From Candidatus Limnocylindria bacterium (GTDB lineage Bacteria; Chloroflexota; Limnocylindria; Limnocylindrales; CSP1-4), in NCBI GenBank assembly GCA_035514295.1, contig DATKBB010000021.1, forward strand, positions 74,460 through 138,459: DNA of 64,000 bases, given 5' to 3'. The notes under the pieces are model-generated. The model was not told the origin of the DNA. It did not search any database and was given only the letters and a program-made list of their open reading frames with translations. How positions within the stretch are numbered: position 1 is the stretch's first letter; each line of letters opens with the position of its first letter. The position numbers were made by a program, and so were the translations under genes. Below are positions 36,095 through 44,544 of this stretch, piece after piece.

Positions 36095-37598
36095 TCGCCT
36101 CCGCTAGCGGAACCCGCGCCACCAGGCGCGTGCCTGCCCCCGGCTCGCTGGTAACGATCAGCAAGCCACCCATCGCGTCGGCCCGAGCGTGCAGGTTGGC
36201 CAGGCCGTACTGGTGCGCAGCGCGCGCGGCCTCCACGTCGAAGCCGCGCCCATTGTCCCCGATGATCAGGCACAGCGTCCCCGCTTCCTCGCGCAGCTCC
36301 AGGCTGGCCCGCGTTGCGCCCGAGTGACGGGCAACGTTGCTGAGCGCCTCGCGGGTCATGGCCAGCAGGTGGGCGGCCGTGGCGGGCGGAACTTCGCGCG
36401 GCTCGTCGAGGTGCAGGTCGAGGTCGATCAGCGTGTTGACGCGGAACTCGGCAGCCAGCGACTGCACGCTCGTGGGCAGGTCCGATTCGTCGAGCAGCTC
36501 CGGACGCAGGCCCAGGATGAAGTTGCGGATGTCGCGAATGGTCTCGTGCAAGGCCTCAATCGTGCGCTCCAGGCGGGCCTCGCCTTCCGCCGGGCTGTCG
36601 GCCATCAGCTCGGGCAGGTCTTCCAGCGCGAGCGTCACGGCATACAGGCTCTGGATGATGCCGTCGTGCAGGTCCTGGCTGATGCGCTGGCGCTCGTCGA
36701 CGACGGCCAGGCGCTGGACCTCCTCGTGCAATCGGGCGTTCTCGATGGCGATGCCCGCATGCAGGGCGAACATCTCGACGAGCCGCTGGTCGGACTCCGA
36801 GAAGTTCTGGCCGCCGCTCTTGTTGGTCAGGTACAGGTTGCCGATCGAGCGGTCCTTGCTGCGCACGGGCACGCCCAGGAAGGCATGCATCTCGGGATGG
36901 TGGGGCGGGAAGCCGAAGCGCCGCGGGTCGGTGGCGATGTCCTCGATGCGGAAGGAGCGATCCTCGCGGATGATCAGCCCCAGCAGGCCGCGGCCGCGCG
37001 GCAGCGAGCCGATGCGCTGGCGCTGCTCGTTGCTGATGCCGCTGGTGATGAAGCGGTCGATGACGCCGAATGGCCCGACGATGCCCAGCGCGGCGTACTG
37101 CGCCCCGACCAGCTCGCGCACGCGATCGACGATCTGCTGGAGCACGCGCTCGACAGACAGCACGCCGGCGATGCTCCGGACGGCGGCGTCCAGCCCGGCC
37201 AGCCGGCGCTCGGAGGCCCGCGCCTCGACCCTTGACCAGGCCGCGTCTAGGGCGAGCTCGACGGCCCGCGCAGCGGCCGGCACGGACTCCTCGTTGCCGC
37301 TCAGCCAGGCCCGGCCCAGTTCCAGCTCGCTGGGCAGCGCCTCGAGTCGATACTCGGCCAGCTCGGCGCGCTGGCCCGCGGGCGGCAAGCTCTCGAGCGT
37401 CCCGTAGCCCACGGCCAGCTGAGGCAGGCCGGGCAGTTGCATCAGGACGTGTGCGCCGGCCAGGCCGTAGGCCGTGAAGACCTGCGCGAAGGCATCTTCG
37501 ACGGCCCTCGCCGGTTGCGGGCCCGGCCCGGCCTGCCAGGCGTCGAGCGCTTCCAGCAACTGGTGCAGGGGGAGCGCCGGGAGAGTGGAGTTGCCCAT
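36081..37598 (-). CDS. GAF-domain sensor histidine kinase (HisKA_3 / NarL-partner type)
   Basis: 505-aa soluble protein. It has a central GAF-like region (...LQQIVDRVRELVGAQYAALGIVGP...FLGVPVRSKDRSIGNLYLTNK), the H-box RISQDLHDGIIQSLYAV and an HATPase (GDNGRGF, GLANLHARADAMGG). Its stop overlaps the regulator start by 14 nt. Confidence 0.9.
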   Translation of the reverse strand: MGNSTLPALPLHQLLEALDAWQAGPGPQPARAVEDAFAQVFTAYGLAGAHVLMQLPGLPQLAVGYGTLESLPPAGQRAELAEYRLEALPSELELGRAWLSGNEESVPAAARAVELALDAAWSRVEARASERRLAGLDAAVRSIAGVLSVERVLQQIVDRVRELVGAQYAALGIVGPFGVIDRFITSGISNEQRQRIGSLPRGRGLLGLIIREDRSFRIEDIATDPRRFGFPPHHPEMHAFLGVPVRSKDRSIGNLYLTNKSGGQNFSESDQRLVEMFALHAGIAIENARLHEEVQRLAVVDERQRISQDLHDGIIQSLYAVTLALEDLPELMADSPAEGEARLERTIEALHETIRDIRNFILGLRPELLDESDLPTSVQSLAAEFRVNTLIDLDLHLDEPREVPPATAAHLLAMTREALSNVARHSGATRASLELREEAGTLCLIIGDNGRGFDVEAARAAHQYGLANLHARADAMGGLLIVTSEPGAGTRLVARVPLAEASDGD

Positions 37599-37663
37599 CT
37601 GGGCCAGAGGCTAGCAGGCCGCAGGGCACCGGACGGCCCCCGCTAAACGGGCCGAAGGTCCCT

Positions 37664-38932
37664 GTGTCTCGCGCTCCTGCGCCGTCAGCATCTCAGGCTA
37701 TGACCGAACACGACCAGCCTGCCTCCACCGTCCCGCCGATCGCCGTCCCGCCGATCGCCGTCCCGCCCGGCCCGCCCGGCCCGCGCACCGTCGCGCCCGG
37801 CCCTGCCGCAAGCGCAGCCTCGGTGGCCGCGGCCCTCAGCCGGCGTGGCTTCCTGCGTGGCTCGGCGCTGGCCGGCGGCGGCCTGCTCGCCGCGGGCCTG
37901 GCCGCCTGCGCCCCGGCCGGCGCCCCGCGCTGGACGTTCTCGCCCGAGGCTAGCGGCCAGCCGGCGGCGCCAGCGCCCAGCCCGACGAGCGGGCCGACGG
38001 CCTCACCCGCGCCGAGCCCCACCAACGGTCACGCCCACACGCCTGCGCCGAGCGGCGGCGGGCACGGCGACGAGCACGACGCGGCCGCCGAGGCGGTCGT
38101 GGCCCGCTTCCCGGAGGCCACCGACAAGGTGGGCAATCAGCCGCTCGCGCCGCGGCTGGAAGGCGGCGTCAAGGTCTTCGACATCGACTGCTCCGCCTTC
38201 CCCTGGCAAATCGACGCCATGCGGGAGCCCGTGCAGGCCATGGGCTACAACGGCATGTGGCCCGGGCCGGTGCTGCGCGTCACCGAGGGCGACCGGGTGC
38301 GCGTCAACGTCACCAACCGGATGGACGAATCGACCGGCGTGCACTTCCATGGCCAGGACCTGCCCAACGCGATGGACGGCGTGCCCTTCCTGACCCAACC
38401 GCCCATCTACCCGACAGAGACGTTCGTCTACGAGTTCGTGGCCAAGCCGGCCGGCTCGCACATGTACCACTCGCACCACAACGCCACCGACCAGGTGGGC
38501 CGGGGCCTGCTGGGCGCCTTCATCGTGGATCCGCTCGATCCGGCCCAGCGCCACGACGTGTCGCAGGACATCATCTGGATCAGCAACGACACGCTGGGCG
38601 GCTTCACTATCAACGGCAAGGGCTTTCCCGCCACGGCGCCCATCGTTGCCCGCCTGGGCGAGCGCATCCTGATCCGCTACATGAACGAGGGGATCATGAT
38701 GCACCCCTGGCACCTGCACGGCATGCCCATGCGCGTCGTGGCGCGTGACGGCTATCCGCTGGGCACGGCCGCCTTCACGTGTGACACGCTGGGCGTCAAC
38801 CCGGGGGAGCGGTGGGACGTCATCGTGGAGTGCAACAACCCCGGCGTGTGGGCCTTCCACTGCCACATCCTCACCCACGCCGAGGGCCGCTCAGGCATGT
38901 TCGGCATGGTCAACGCGCTGATCGTCGAGTGA
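37664..38932 (+). CDS. Tat-exported two-domain multicopper oxidase
   Basis: Twin-arginine signal SRRGFLRGSALAGGGLLAAGLAAC. All four Cu-ligand motifs are present: HFHG, HSHH, HPWHLHG and HCHILTHAEGRSGMFG. Only two cupredoxin domains fit in the roughly 290-aa mature core. The GTG 37664 start has GAAGG upstream; ATG 37700 is an alternative. Confidence 0.85.
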   Translation: MSRAPAPSASQAMTEHDQPASTVPPIAVPPIAVPPGPPGPRTVAPGPAASAASVAAALSRRGFLRGSALAGGGLLAAGLAACAPAGAPRWTFSPEASGQPAAPAPSPTSGPTASPAPSPTNGHAHTPAPSGGGHGDEHDAAAEAVVARFPEATDKVGNQPLAPRLEGGVKVFDIDCSAFPWQIDAMREPVQAMGYNGMWPGPVLRVTEGDRVRVNVTNRMDESTGVHFHGQDLPNAMDGVPFLTQPPIYPTETFVYEFVAKPAGSHMYHSHHNATDQVGRGLLGAFIVDPLDPAQRHDVSQDIIWISNDTLGGFTINGKGFPATAPIVARLGERILIRYMNEGIMMHPWHLHGMPMRVVARDGYPLGTAAFTCDTLGVNPGERWDVIVECNNPGVWAFHCHILTHAEGRSGMFGMVNALIVE

Positions 38933-38937
38933 AACGC

Positions 38938-39471
38938 ATGTCGACCGTCGAGCAGCCCTCCACCGGCTACTCGGACGCCGACTACGGGGGCCCGGCCGAG
39001 CCTGCGCCGGGGGCTCGACCGACCGTCGACCCGGACTTCTACGGCCGCTCGGCACGCGGGCGAATCCGCACGCTGCTGCTGGCGACCGATCTCAGTCCGG
39101 TCTCCGAGCCGGCCACCGAGCATGCCATCGAGCTGGCCGCCGTCCTGGGAGCGCGGCTGCTGATCGTCAGCGTGATCGACCCGTCGCGCCGGCCGCCGAG
39201 GGGCCCGGCGCGCATTGACCAGCAACGAGCCGAGCTCGAGCAACCATTGCTGGGGCTCGTCGGCCGGGCGCGGGCACGCGGCGTGGAGGCGACCTACCTG
39301 CTCTGGACGGGCGAGCCTGGTCGGAGCATCGTGGCTGCGGCCGAGGCGGAAGGCGCCGACCTGCTCATCGTGGGCACGCGGGGGCTCGCACAGCCGGGCC
39401 GTTTCCTGCTGGGGAGCGTGTCGGATTACGTCGTCTATCACGCCGCCTGCCCCGTGCTCGTCGCCCGCTGA
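38938..39471 (+). CDS. universal stress protein (single domain with disordered N-terminus)
   Basis: Start at ATG 38938 (MSTVEQPSTGY...), 5 nt after the MCO stop. USP core is RTLLLATDLSPVSEPATEHAIELAA...LLIVGTRGLAQPGRFLLGSVSDYVVYHAACPVLV. Confidence 0.85.
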   Translation: MSTVEQPSTGYSDADYGGPAEPAPGARPTVDPDFYGRSARGRIRTLLLATDLSPVSEPATEHAIELAAVLGARLLIVSVIDPSRRPPRGPARIDQQRAELEQPLLGLVGRARARGVEATYLLWTGEPGRSIVAAAEAEGADLLIVGTRGLAQPGRFLLGSVSDYVVYHAACPVLVAR

Positions 39472-39537
39472 GGCGGTCTGGCGGAGCCGCGCGGCGGGCC
39501 AGTGAGCCCGGCCTGGCATGTTCCACTATCTGCGGCC

Positions 39538-39690
39538 ATGACCGATGAGGGGAGAGCCACCGATCCGTTACCGGACGATCCGCGGCTGGCCGGCCTGGGG
39601 GCAGCCGACAGCCACGGGCTGAGCGAGATCAACCGCGCCGCCGGCGGCCTGGCCGACCGCCTGCTGGGTCGGGCCACCGGCAACGTCTGA
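39538..39690 (+). CDS. possible small protein (50 aa), unknown function
   Basis: MTDEGRATDPLPDDPRLAGLGAADSHGLSEINRAAGGLADRLLGRATGNV. Third codon positions are mostly G/C, as in the real genes here. I recognise no motif. Confidence 0.3.
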   Translation: MTDEGRATDPLPDDPRLAGLGAADSHGLSEINRAAGGLADRLLGRATGNV

Positions 39691-39691
39691 A

Positions 39692-40966
39692 TCAGCCGCC
39701 GACCGGCGCGCGCAGCAGCGCCTCCGCTTCGGCCAGGCGGGCCAGCACTCCCTCCCGCAAGCGGTCGAGACCGACGGTCACCTGCTGGCTGGCCGTGCCG
39801 ATGGAGGTGAGTTGGGCCTTCAGGCTGCGAATGACGTCCAGCTGGCCGCGGATTGCCTGGATGGCCTGGGCCAGCGCCTGGACGTCCAGCTCCGCCGATT
39901 CCTCTCGCAGGCTGGCCAGGGCCAGCAGGCGGCATAGCCGCAGCGCGGCTGCCAGCGGCGTGCTGTCCGGGGAATGCGGGTCAACGACGCAGTACACGTC
40001 GGTGCCGCGCACGTCGAAGGGAGCGATGCCGGCGGGCGCGTGCTCAGCGCTGAAGCAGACCAGCGCGACCAGGGCTCCGCGGTTCTGCTTGGCGGCGGCC
40101 AGCTCCTCACGCATGGCGCGTGCTGAGAGCGGCCGGTCTTTGGCCTCGATGACGATGCGCACGTCCGCGCCGCGGCACTGAGCCGGGTCGAGGCTGAGCA
40201 CGAAGTCGCCCTTGCGCGAGCGAATCATGTCGCCCGCCTCCGCACCGGTTCGCTCCAGCAGGTCGCCTGAGCCGCGCAGCAGCTCGCCCAGCATGCCCTC
40301 CAACAGGTCCTCGAAATCACCGCCCTTGGCCGCCGAGCGCGCACGCTCCGCCGCGCGCGCCGCCGACGCCGCCTCGATGGCCGTCAGGCGCTCGTTCAGC
40401 TTGCCGAAGCCTTCCGTCACCTCCGTGCGGAACTGGTGCAGCGGCGAGCCCAGACGGGTGGGGTCCAGCAGTTGCGCGAGGCGCGAGCTGTCGCCCTCGA
40501 AGTAGGTCCCCAGCAGCGTGCGCAAGCGGCCGATGGCACTATCCCGGCGGCCCTCGTCGAACAGCTCCGAGACGAAACGGTTCAACTCACCCCGGTTGCC
40601 CAGGAAGCGCTCCAGGGTACGCGGCAGGCGGCCCTCACCGTCCGCGAAGTTCGTGCGCAGGACCGCGTCCAGCGCCTCCGCGGCGCGCTGTTGGACCTGC
40701 TCCGTGCGGCTCAGCATGGCCTCGAACTCGCGGCGCACCAGGTCCACGTCCATGGAGCTGGAGGCGTCCTGCACGGCCAGCAGGCCGATGCGCAGGGCAC
40801 GCTCGACCAGTTCGCGCCGGCCCTCGTCCGAGCGCTGGCCGACGAAGGCGGCCAGCACGGCATCCACGATGACCAGCCGCTCGACGACGATGCGCTCGCC
40901 GCTGACCTTGATTCGTTGCTCGGCCGAAGCGCTGGAGGGGAGGGGGACCACGTTCGAGCTGTGCAT
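39692..40966 (-). CDS. orphan 424-aa coiled-coil protein with PD-(D/E)XK-like core (DUF2130/RmuC-like architecture)
   Basis: Long helical N- and C-terminal regions flank ...RKGDFVLSLDPAQCRGADVRIVIEAKDRPLS...NRGALVALVCF..., which fits a D...E-x-K restriction-endonuclease-fold motif. The coding call is solid (length, codon bias); the functional call is inference. Confidence 0.5.
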   Translation of the reverse strand: MHSSNVVPLPSSASAEQRIKVSGERIVVERLVIVDAVLAAFVGQRSDEGRRELVERALRIGLLAVQDASSSMDVDLVRREFEAMLSRTEQVQQRAAEALDAVLRTNFADGEGRLPRTLERFLGNRGELNRFVSELFDEGRRDSAIGRLRTLLGTYFEGDSSRLAQLLDPTRLGSPLHQFRTEVTEGFGKLNERLTAIEAASAARAAERARSAAKGGDFEDLLEGMLGELLRGSGDLLERTGAEAGDMIRSRKGDFVLSLDPAQCRGADVRIVIEAKDRPLSARAMREELAAAKQNRGALVALVCFSAEHAPAGIAPFDVRGTDVYCVVDPHSPDSTPLAAALRLCRLLALASLREESAELDVQALAQAIQAIRGQLDVIRSLKAQLTSIGTASQQVTVGLDRLREGVLARLAEAEALLRAPVGG

Positions 40967-41040
40967 GCCCGTAGAGTCGGGCGGACGCGTGCCAGCTAGC
41001 CTGTCACTCGCCGACCGCCTGCAGGCCGTAGATTCGGACG

Positions 41041-41547
41041 ATGCGCGTCTACCTCGCCCATGGGGCGTCCGGCACGGCAGCCAGCATGCGTCCTCACGTC
41101 GAGGGATTGGAGCGGCGGGGGGTCAAGGCGCAGGCCGTCGAGCTGCCCAAGCGGCGAGCCGAGGCCGCCGTACCCGTCTATGAGGCCGCCGTGCTGGACT
41201 GGTCGGAGGCGGTCATCGGCGGCCACTCCTACGGCGGTCGGGTGGCCAGCCTGCTGGCTGCCCAGCGCCGCCCGCTCGGCCTCGTCCTGCTCAGCTACCC
41301 GTTGCACCGGCCCGGTCAGCCTGAGTGGCGCCCGCGCACGGACCACTGGCCGAAGATCGACTGCCCAGTGCTGCTGCTCTCCGGCGAGGCTGACCCGTTC
41401 GCTTCGATCAACCTGTTGCGCGAGGCCGTTGGCCACCTGCCGCAGGCGCAGCTCGTCACCTACCCGCGGCTGCGCCACGGCCTCCAGCCGGTGCTGGACG
41501 ACGTGCTCGACAGGGTGGCTGCCTTCGTGAGCGACCTCGGCGGCTGA
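41041..41547 (+). CDS. small alpha/beta-hydrolase-fold protein (dienelactone-hydrolase/KANL3-like)
   Basis: 168-aa ORF. Features are MRVYLAHGASG, the nucleophile-elbow-like VIGGHSYGGRVAS, and LLLSGEADPFA plus a late His (RLRHG). Confidence 0.7.
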   Translation: MRVYLAHGASGTAASMRPHVEGLERRGVKAQAVELPKRRAEAAVPVYEAAVLDWSEAVIGGHSYGGRVASLLAAQRRPLGLVLLSYPLHRPGQPEWRPRTDHWPKIDCPVLLLSGEADPFASINLLREAVGHLPQAQLVTYPRLRHGLQPVLDDVLDRVAAFVSDLGG

Positions 41548-41564
41548 ATCGGCGAGCTGAACGT

Positions 41565-42770
41565 CTAGAAGGCGCCCTTGACGGCCTGCACCTGGATCAC
41601 GGTCGAGAACGCGCTCCGGTTGCCCGCCGCGTCGACCGCCCGGACCTTGTACCTGTGCCAGCCTGCGCTGGGCCGGTCGACGAACTCGGTCGCCGTCACC
41701 GTCGCGATCCGCTTGCCTTTGCGCAGCACGCGGTAGCGGATGACGCCGTCGCGGTCGTCCGTCGAGGGCAGCCAGCTCAGCGCCACGTGGCGGTAGGGGC
41801 GGCTCTCGCCGGCCAGGCCGTCCGGTGCGCTGGGTGGCGTCACGTCGGGCGGGGCCAGCTCCGCCAGGGCGGCGCCGCCGCGCCACTCCGCGGCCGTCAT
41901 CGAGAGGTCGCCGCTCAGCGCGCGCACATAGCCGTATGACGAGTGCGGATCGAGGTGGTTGCTGGTGCCCGGCGTGCGCTCGGAGGCGAAGCGCTTGCTG
42001 CGCCAGCCGATGAAGCCGGCCGGTCCGCCGCCGGCAGGCGTGGAGAACAGCTCGTCCATCGACTTGTCGGTGGTGTGCAGCGCGCCGATGACGTCCAGTC
42101 TCTGGTAGTAGCTGGAGCTGAAGACCGCCCGCGCACCGACGGCCAGGAAGGCGGCGGCATAATTGTCCACCCGCTGGCGGGCGATGTCCTCGCGCGGGAT
42201 GGCCATGCCCGGTTCGGAATTGCCCGACGAGTAGCACAGGTGTACGAGGATGACCACGGCGTTGTCGGCCAGCTGGATGCGCTCACGAATGGGATCGGCG
42301 CCGTAGTACTTGTGGTCGGCCGCCCGCGAGCCCTCGAACGGATTCAGGCCGAAGCCGTTCTTGGTCCGCTCCTGGAACGGGCCGTAGGGGCTGGGCCAGC
42401 CGTTGCCGTGCCCCATGTAGACGACCAGGTTGGCGCCCTGGATTTTGGCCAGCACGTTCTCCCATGTAGCCTTGGGGTGAAAGACGCGGTGGACTTCCAT
42501 TCCCTGCGCCTCGGCGGCCCTGGCCATCTTCTCGCCGTTGGTCAGGTTCTGCGAGGTGAGGTTGCCTGTTGGCCCGACGATCACGACGGCCTTCAACCTC
42601 TCGCCGGAGGAAGCGCGCGCGACATCCGCCGTGGCGGCCAGCAGTCCGGCCAGCGCAATCAGAACGGCGAGCAGGCCCACGAGCGCAAGCCGGCTCGCAC
42701 GGCGCGGTGGTGCCAAAGTCGCAAGTAGCGTTCGAGTTGCCGGCAGTGCTCCGGCCACGGCCTGAGACAT
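41565..42770 (-). CDS. secreted protein: caspase/gingipain-like His-Cys fold N-domain + C-terminal fibronectin type III domain
   Basis: Start at ATG 42770 (MSQAVAGALP...LLAATADVARA signal/TM) with GGGAGG upstream. The candidate catalytic dyad is LVVYMGHGNG ... VILVHLCYSSGNS. The C-terminal FN3-like region is PSAPDGLAGESRPYRHVALSWLPSTDDRDGVIRYRVLRKGKRIATVTATEFVDRP...YKVRAVDAAGNRS. Confidence 0.65.
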   Translation of the reverse strand: MSQAVAGALPATRTLLATLAPPRRASRLALVGLLAVLIALAGLLAATADVARASSGERLKAVVIVGPTGNLTSQNLTNGEKMARAAEAQGMEVHRVFHPKATWENVLAKIQGANLVVYMGHGNGWPSPYGPFQERTKNGFGLNPFEGSRAADHKYYGADPIRERIQLADNAVVILVHLCYSSGNSEPGMAIPREDIARQRVDNYAAAFLAVGARAVFSSSYYQRLDVIGALHTTDKSMDELFSTPAGGGPAGFIGWRSKRFASERTPGTSNHLDPHSSYGYVRALSGDLSMTAAEWRGGAALAELAPPDVTPPSAPDGLAGESRPYRHVALSWLPSTDDRDGVIRYRVLRKGKRIATVTATEFVDRPSAGWHRYKVRAVDAAGNRSAFSTVIQVQAVKGAF

Positions 42771-43156
42771 GTGACTACCTCCCCTCGTCCGGGCCCCGTT
42801 CACGGCGTACGGCGGCCCGCCGCGTGACCGACCGAGAGGCAGAGCCGGGTTCGCCGGCTTGCAGAGAGACGACCGACACCGCGGCCGATGAAGAAGCTGA
42901 CCTCGCCTGCTGGAACCTGTGCCCATCAGCCTGGGGGCTGACCTAGGCCGCGCGGGGCGCTCCTGGGGGAACGCGCGACGCGCCTCTCGGACGGCTATGC
43001 AGTTGCTTCCCTCTGTATCGCATTCGCGACGGGCCGAGTATGGCGGGCGCGGCGGCTAAGCGCATCATGAGTTTGCACGTTCATCGACGGCTCATCGCCC
43101 GCTTACCGGCCAGTTGCCGGGCCCTCGCCTGAGGGCCGGCCAGGTGTATAAGCTGT

Positions 43157-44266
43157 ATGGGCATGATCGAGCGTGACCTGATCAGACGCGCACCCAAGGT
43201 GCTGCTGCACGACCATCTCGACGGTGGACTGCGACCGGCGACAGTCATCGCTCTGGCGCGCGAGTCCGGCTACGAGGGCCTGCCCACCACGGATCCCATC
43301 GAGCTTGCCCGCTTCTTCACCGCCGGTGCCGACCGCAAGAGCCTCGAGCTGTATCTCGACGGGTTCGAACACACCGTGGCGGTGATGCAGACGCGAGACG
43401 CGCTGGTGCGCGTGGCCAGCGAGTGTGCCGAGGATCTCGCCGCCGACGGCGTCGTCTATGCCGAGGTGCGCTACGCGCCCGAGCTCTCGACGCGGGGCGG
43501 ACTCAGTCTCGACGAGGTCGTCGAAGCGGTGCTCGAGGGCTTCCGCCTGGGCAGCGCGGGGCGAGCAATCGAGCTCGGCTTCATCGTGACCGCCATGCGC
43601 CAGTTCGCGCGCTCGGTCGAAATCGCCGAGCTGGCCATCCGCCATCGCGACGAAGGCGTCGTGGGCTTCGATGTCGCCGGACCCGAAGCAGGCTTTCCAC
43701 CGACGCGCTACCTCGACGCCTTTCAGCTGATCCACCAGGCGAACTTTCACCTGACCATCCATGCCGGCGAGGCGTTCGGACTGCCCTCCATCTGGGAGGC
43801 TCTGCAGTGGTGCGGCGCCGAGCGCCTTGGCCACGGCGTCCGGATCGTGGACGACATCGAGCGGCTGCCCGACGGCGAGGTACGACTGGGCCGCCTGGCG
43901 AGCTACGTACGTGACACGCGCGTGCCAATGGAGATGTGCCCGACCTCCAACGTTCACACCGGTGCCGTGCCCAGCCTGGACGACCATCCCATCGACCTGC
44001 TGCGCCGGCTGCGCTTTCGCGTGACGGTCAACACCGACAACCGGCTGATGAGCGGGGTCACGCTCAGCGACGAGTTCGAGACGCTTTCGAAGGCATTTGA
44101 CTTCGGCCTGGACGAGATGCAGTGGCTGACGCTCAATGCGATCAAGAGTGCCTTCAACCCCTTCGATGAGCGGCTGCGCCTGATCAACGGCGTCATCAAA
44201 CCCGGCTATGCGCGCCTGCTCGCCGAGTCCACCTACGCCGGCGCGGCGGGAGCCCTGCGCAGCTGA
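43157..44266 (+). CDS. add: adenosine deaminase
   Basis: 369-aa ORF with metal/catalytic motifs [21 protein letters not shown] and [11 protein letters not shown]. Confidence 0.95.
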   Translation: MGMIERDLIRRAPKVLLHDHLDGGLRPATVIALARESGYEGLPTTDPIELARFFTAGADRKSLELYLDGFEHTVAVMQTRDALVRVASECAEDLAADGVVYAEVRYAPELSTRGGLSLDEVVEAVLEGFRLGSAGRAIELGFIVTAMRQFARSVEIAELAIRHRDEGVVGFDVAGPEAGFPPTRYLDAFQLIHQANFHLTIHAGEAFGLPSIWEALQWCGAERLGHGVRIVDDIERLPDGEVRLGRLASYVRDTRVPMEMCPTSNVHTGAVPSLDDHPIDLLRRLRFRVTVNTDNRLMSGVTLSDEFETLSKAFDFGLDEMQWLTLNAIKSAFNPFDERLRLINGVIKPGYARLLAESTYAGAAGALRS

Positions 44267-44294
44267 GAGCGTCGCCGCCGCTCGACCGGTAGAC

Positions 44295-44441
44295 CTAGGC
44301 CGCGAGCGCCAGCTCCGCTTCCTCCGCGACGGTCACGTACGACCACCGCGTAAGGCAGTAAGGGCAGGTCTGCTCGTGCTGGTCTGCGTCGTCCGGCAGG
44401 GTGAGCCGCTCCTCGCACCAGGGGCACTCCATGTCTTGCAT
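44295..44441 (-). CDS. small zinc-ribbon protein (about 48 aa)
   Basis: MQDMECPWCEERLTLPDDADQHEQTCPYCLTRWSYV... has CPWC...CPYC knuckles. I chose the start at ATG 44441; the tracked start at 44492 adds a basic leader. Confidence 0.45.
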   Translation of the reverse strand: MQDMECPWCEERLTLPDDADQHEQTCPYCLTRWSYVTVAEEAELALAA

Positions 44442-44544
44442 CGCTCTTACCTTACGCTTGCGGCGGCACCCGTTGACCGCTCGTCGTACCAAAGATCGGG
44501 CACCCCTGCGCCAGCTTGTCTGTCACTGCTGTACGCTCGGAGCG

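Noticed and set aside
42927-43156. Purine riboswitch upstream of adenosine deaminase.
   Set aside because: The conserved J1/2, J2/3 and loop sequences (TATAAT...GTTTCTACC...CCGTAAAT...GACTA) are absent. Only generic GC hairpins are present.
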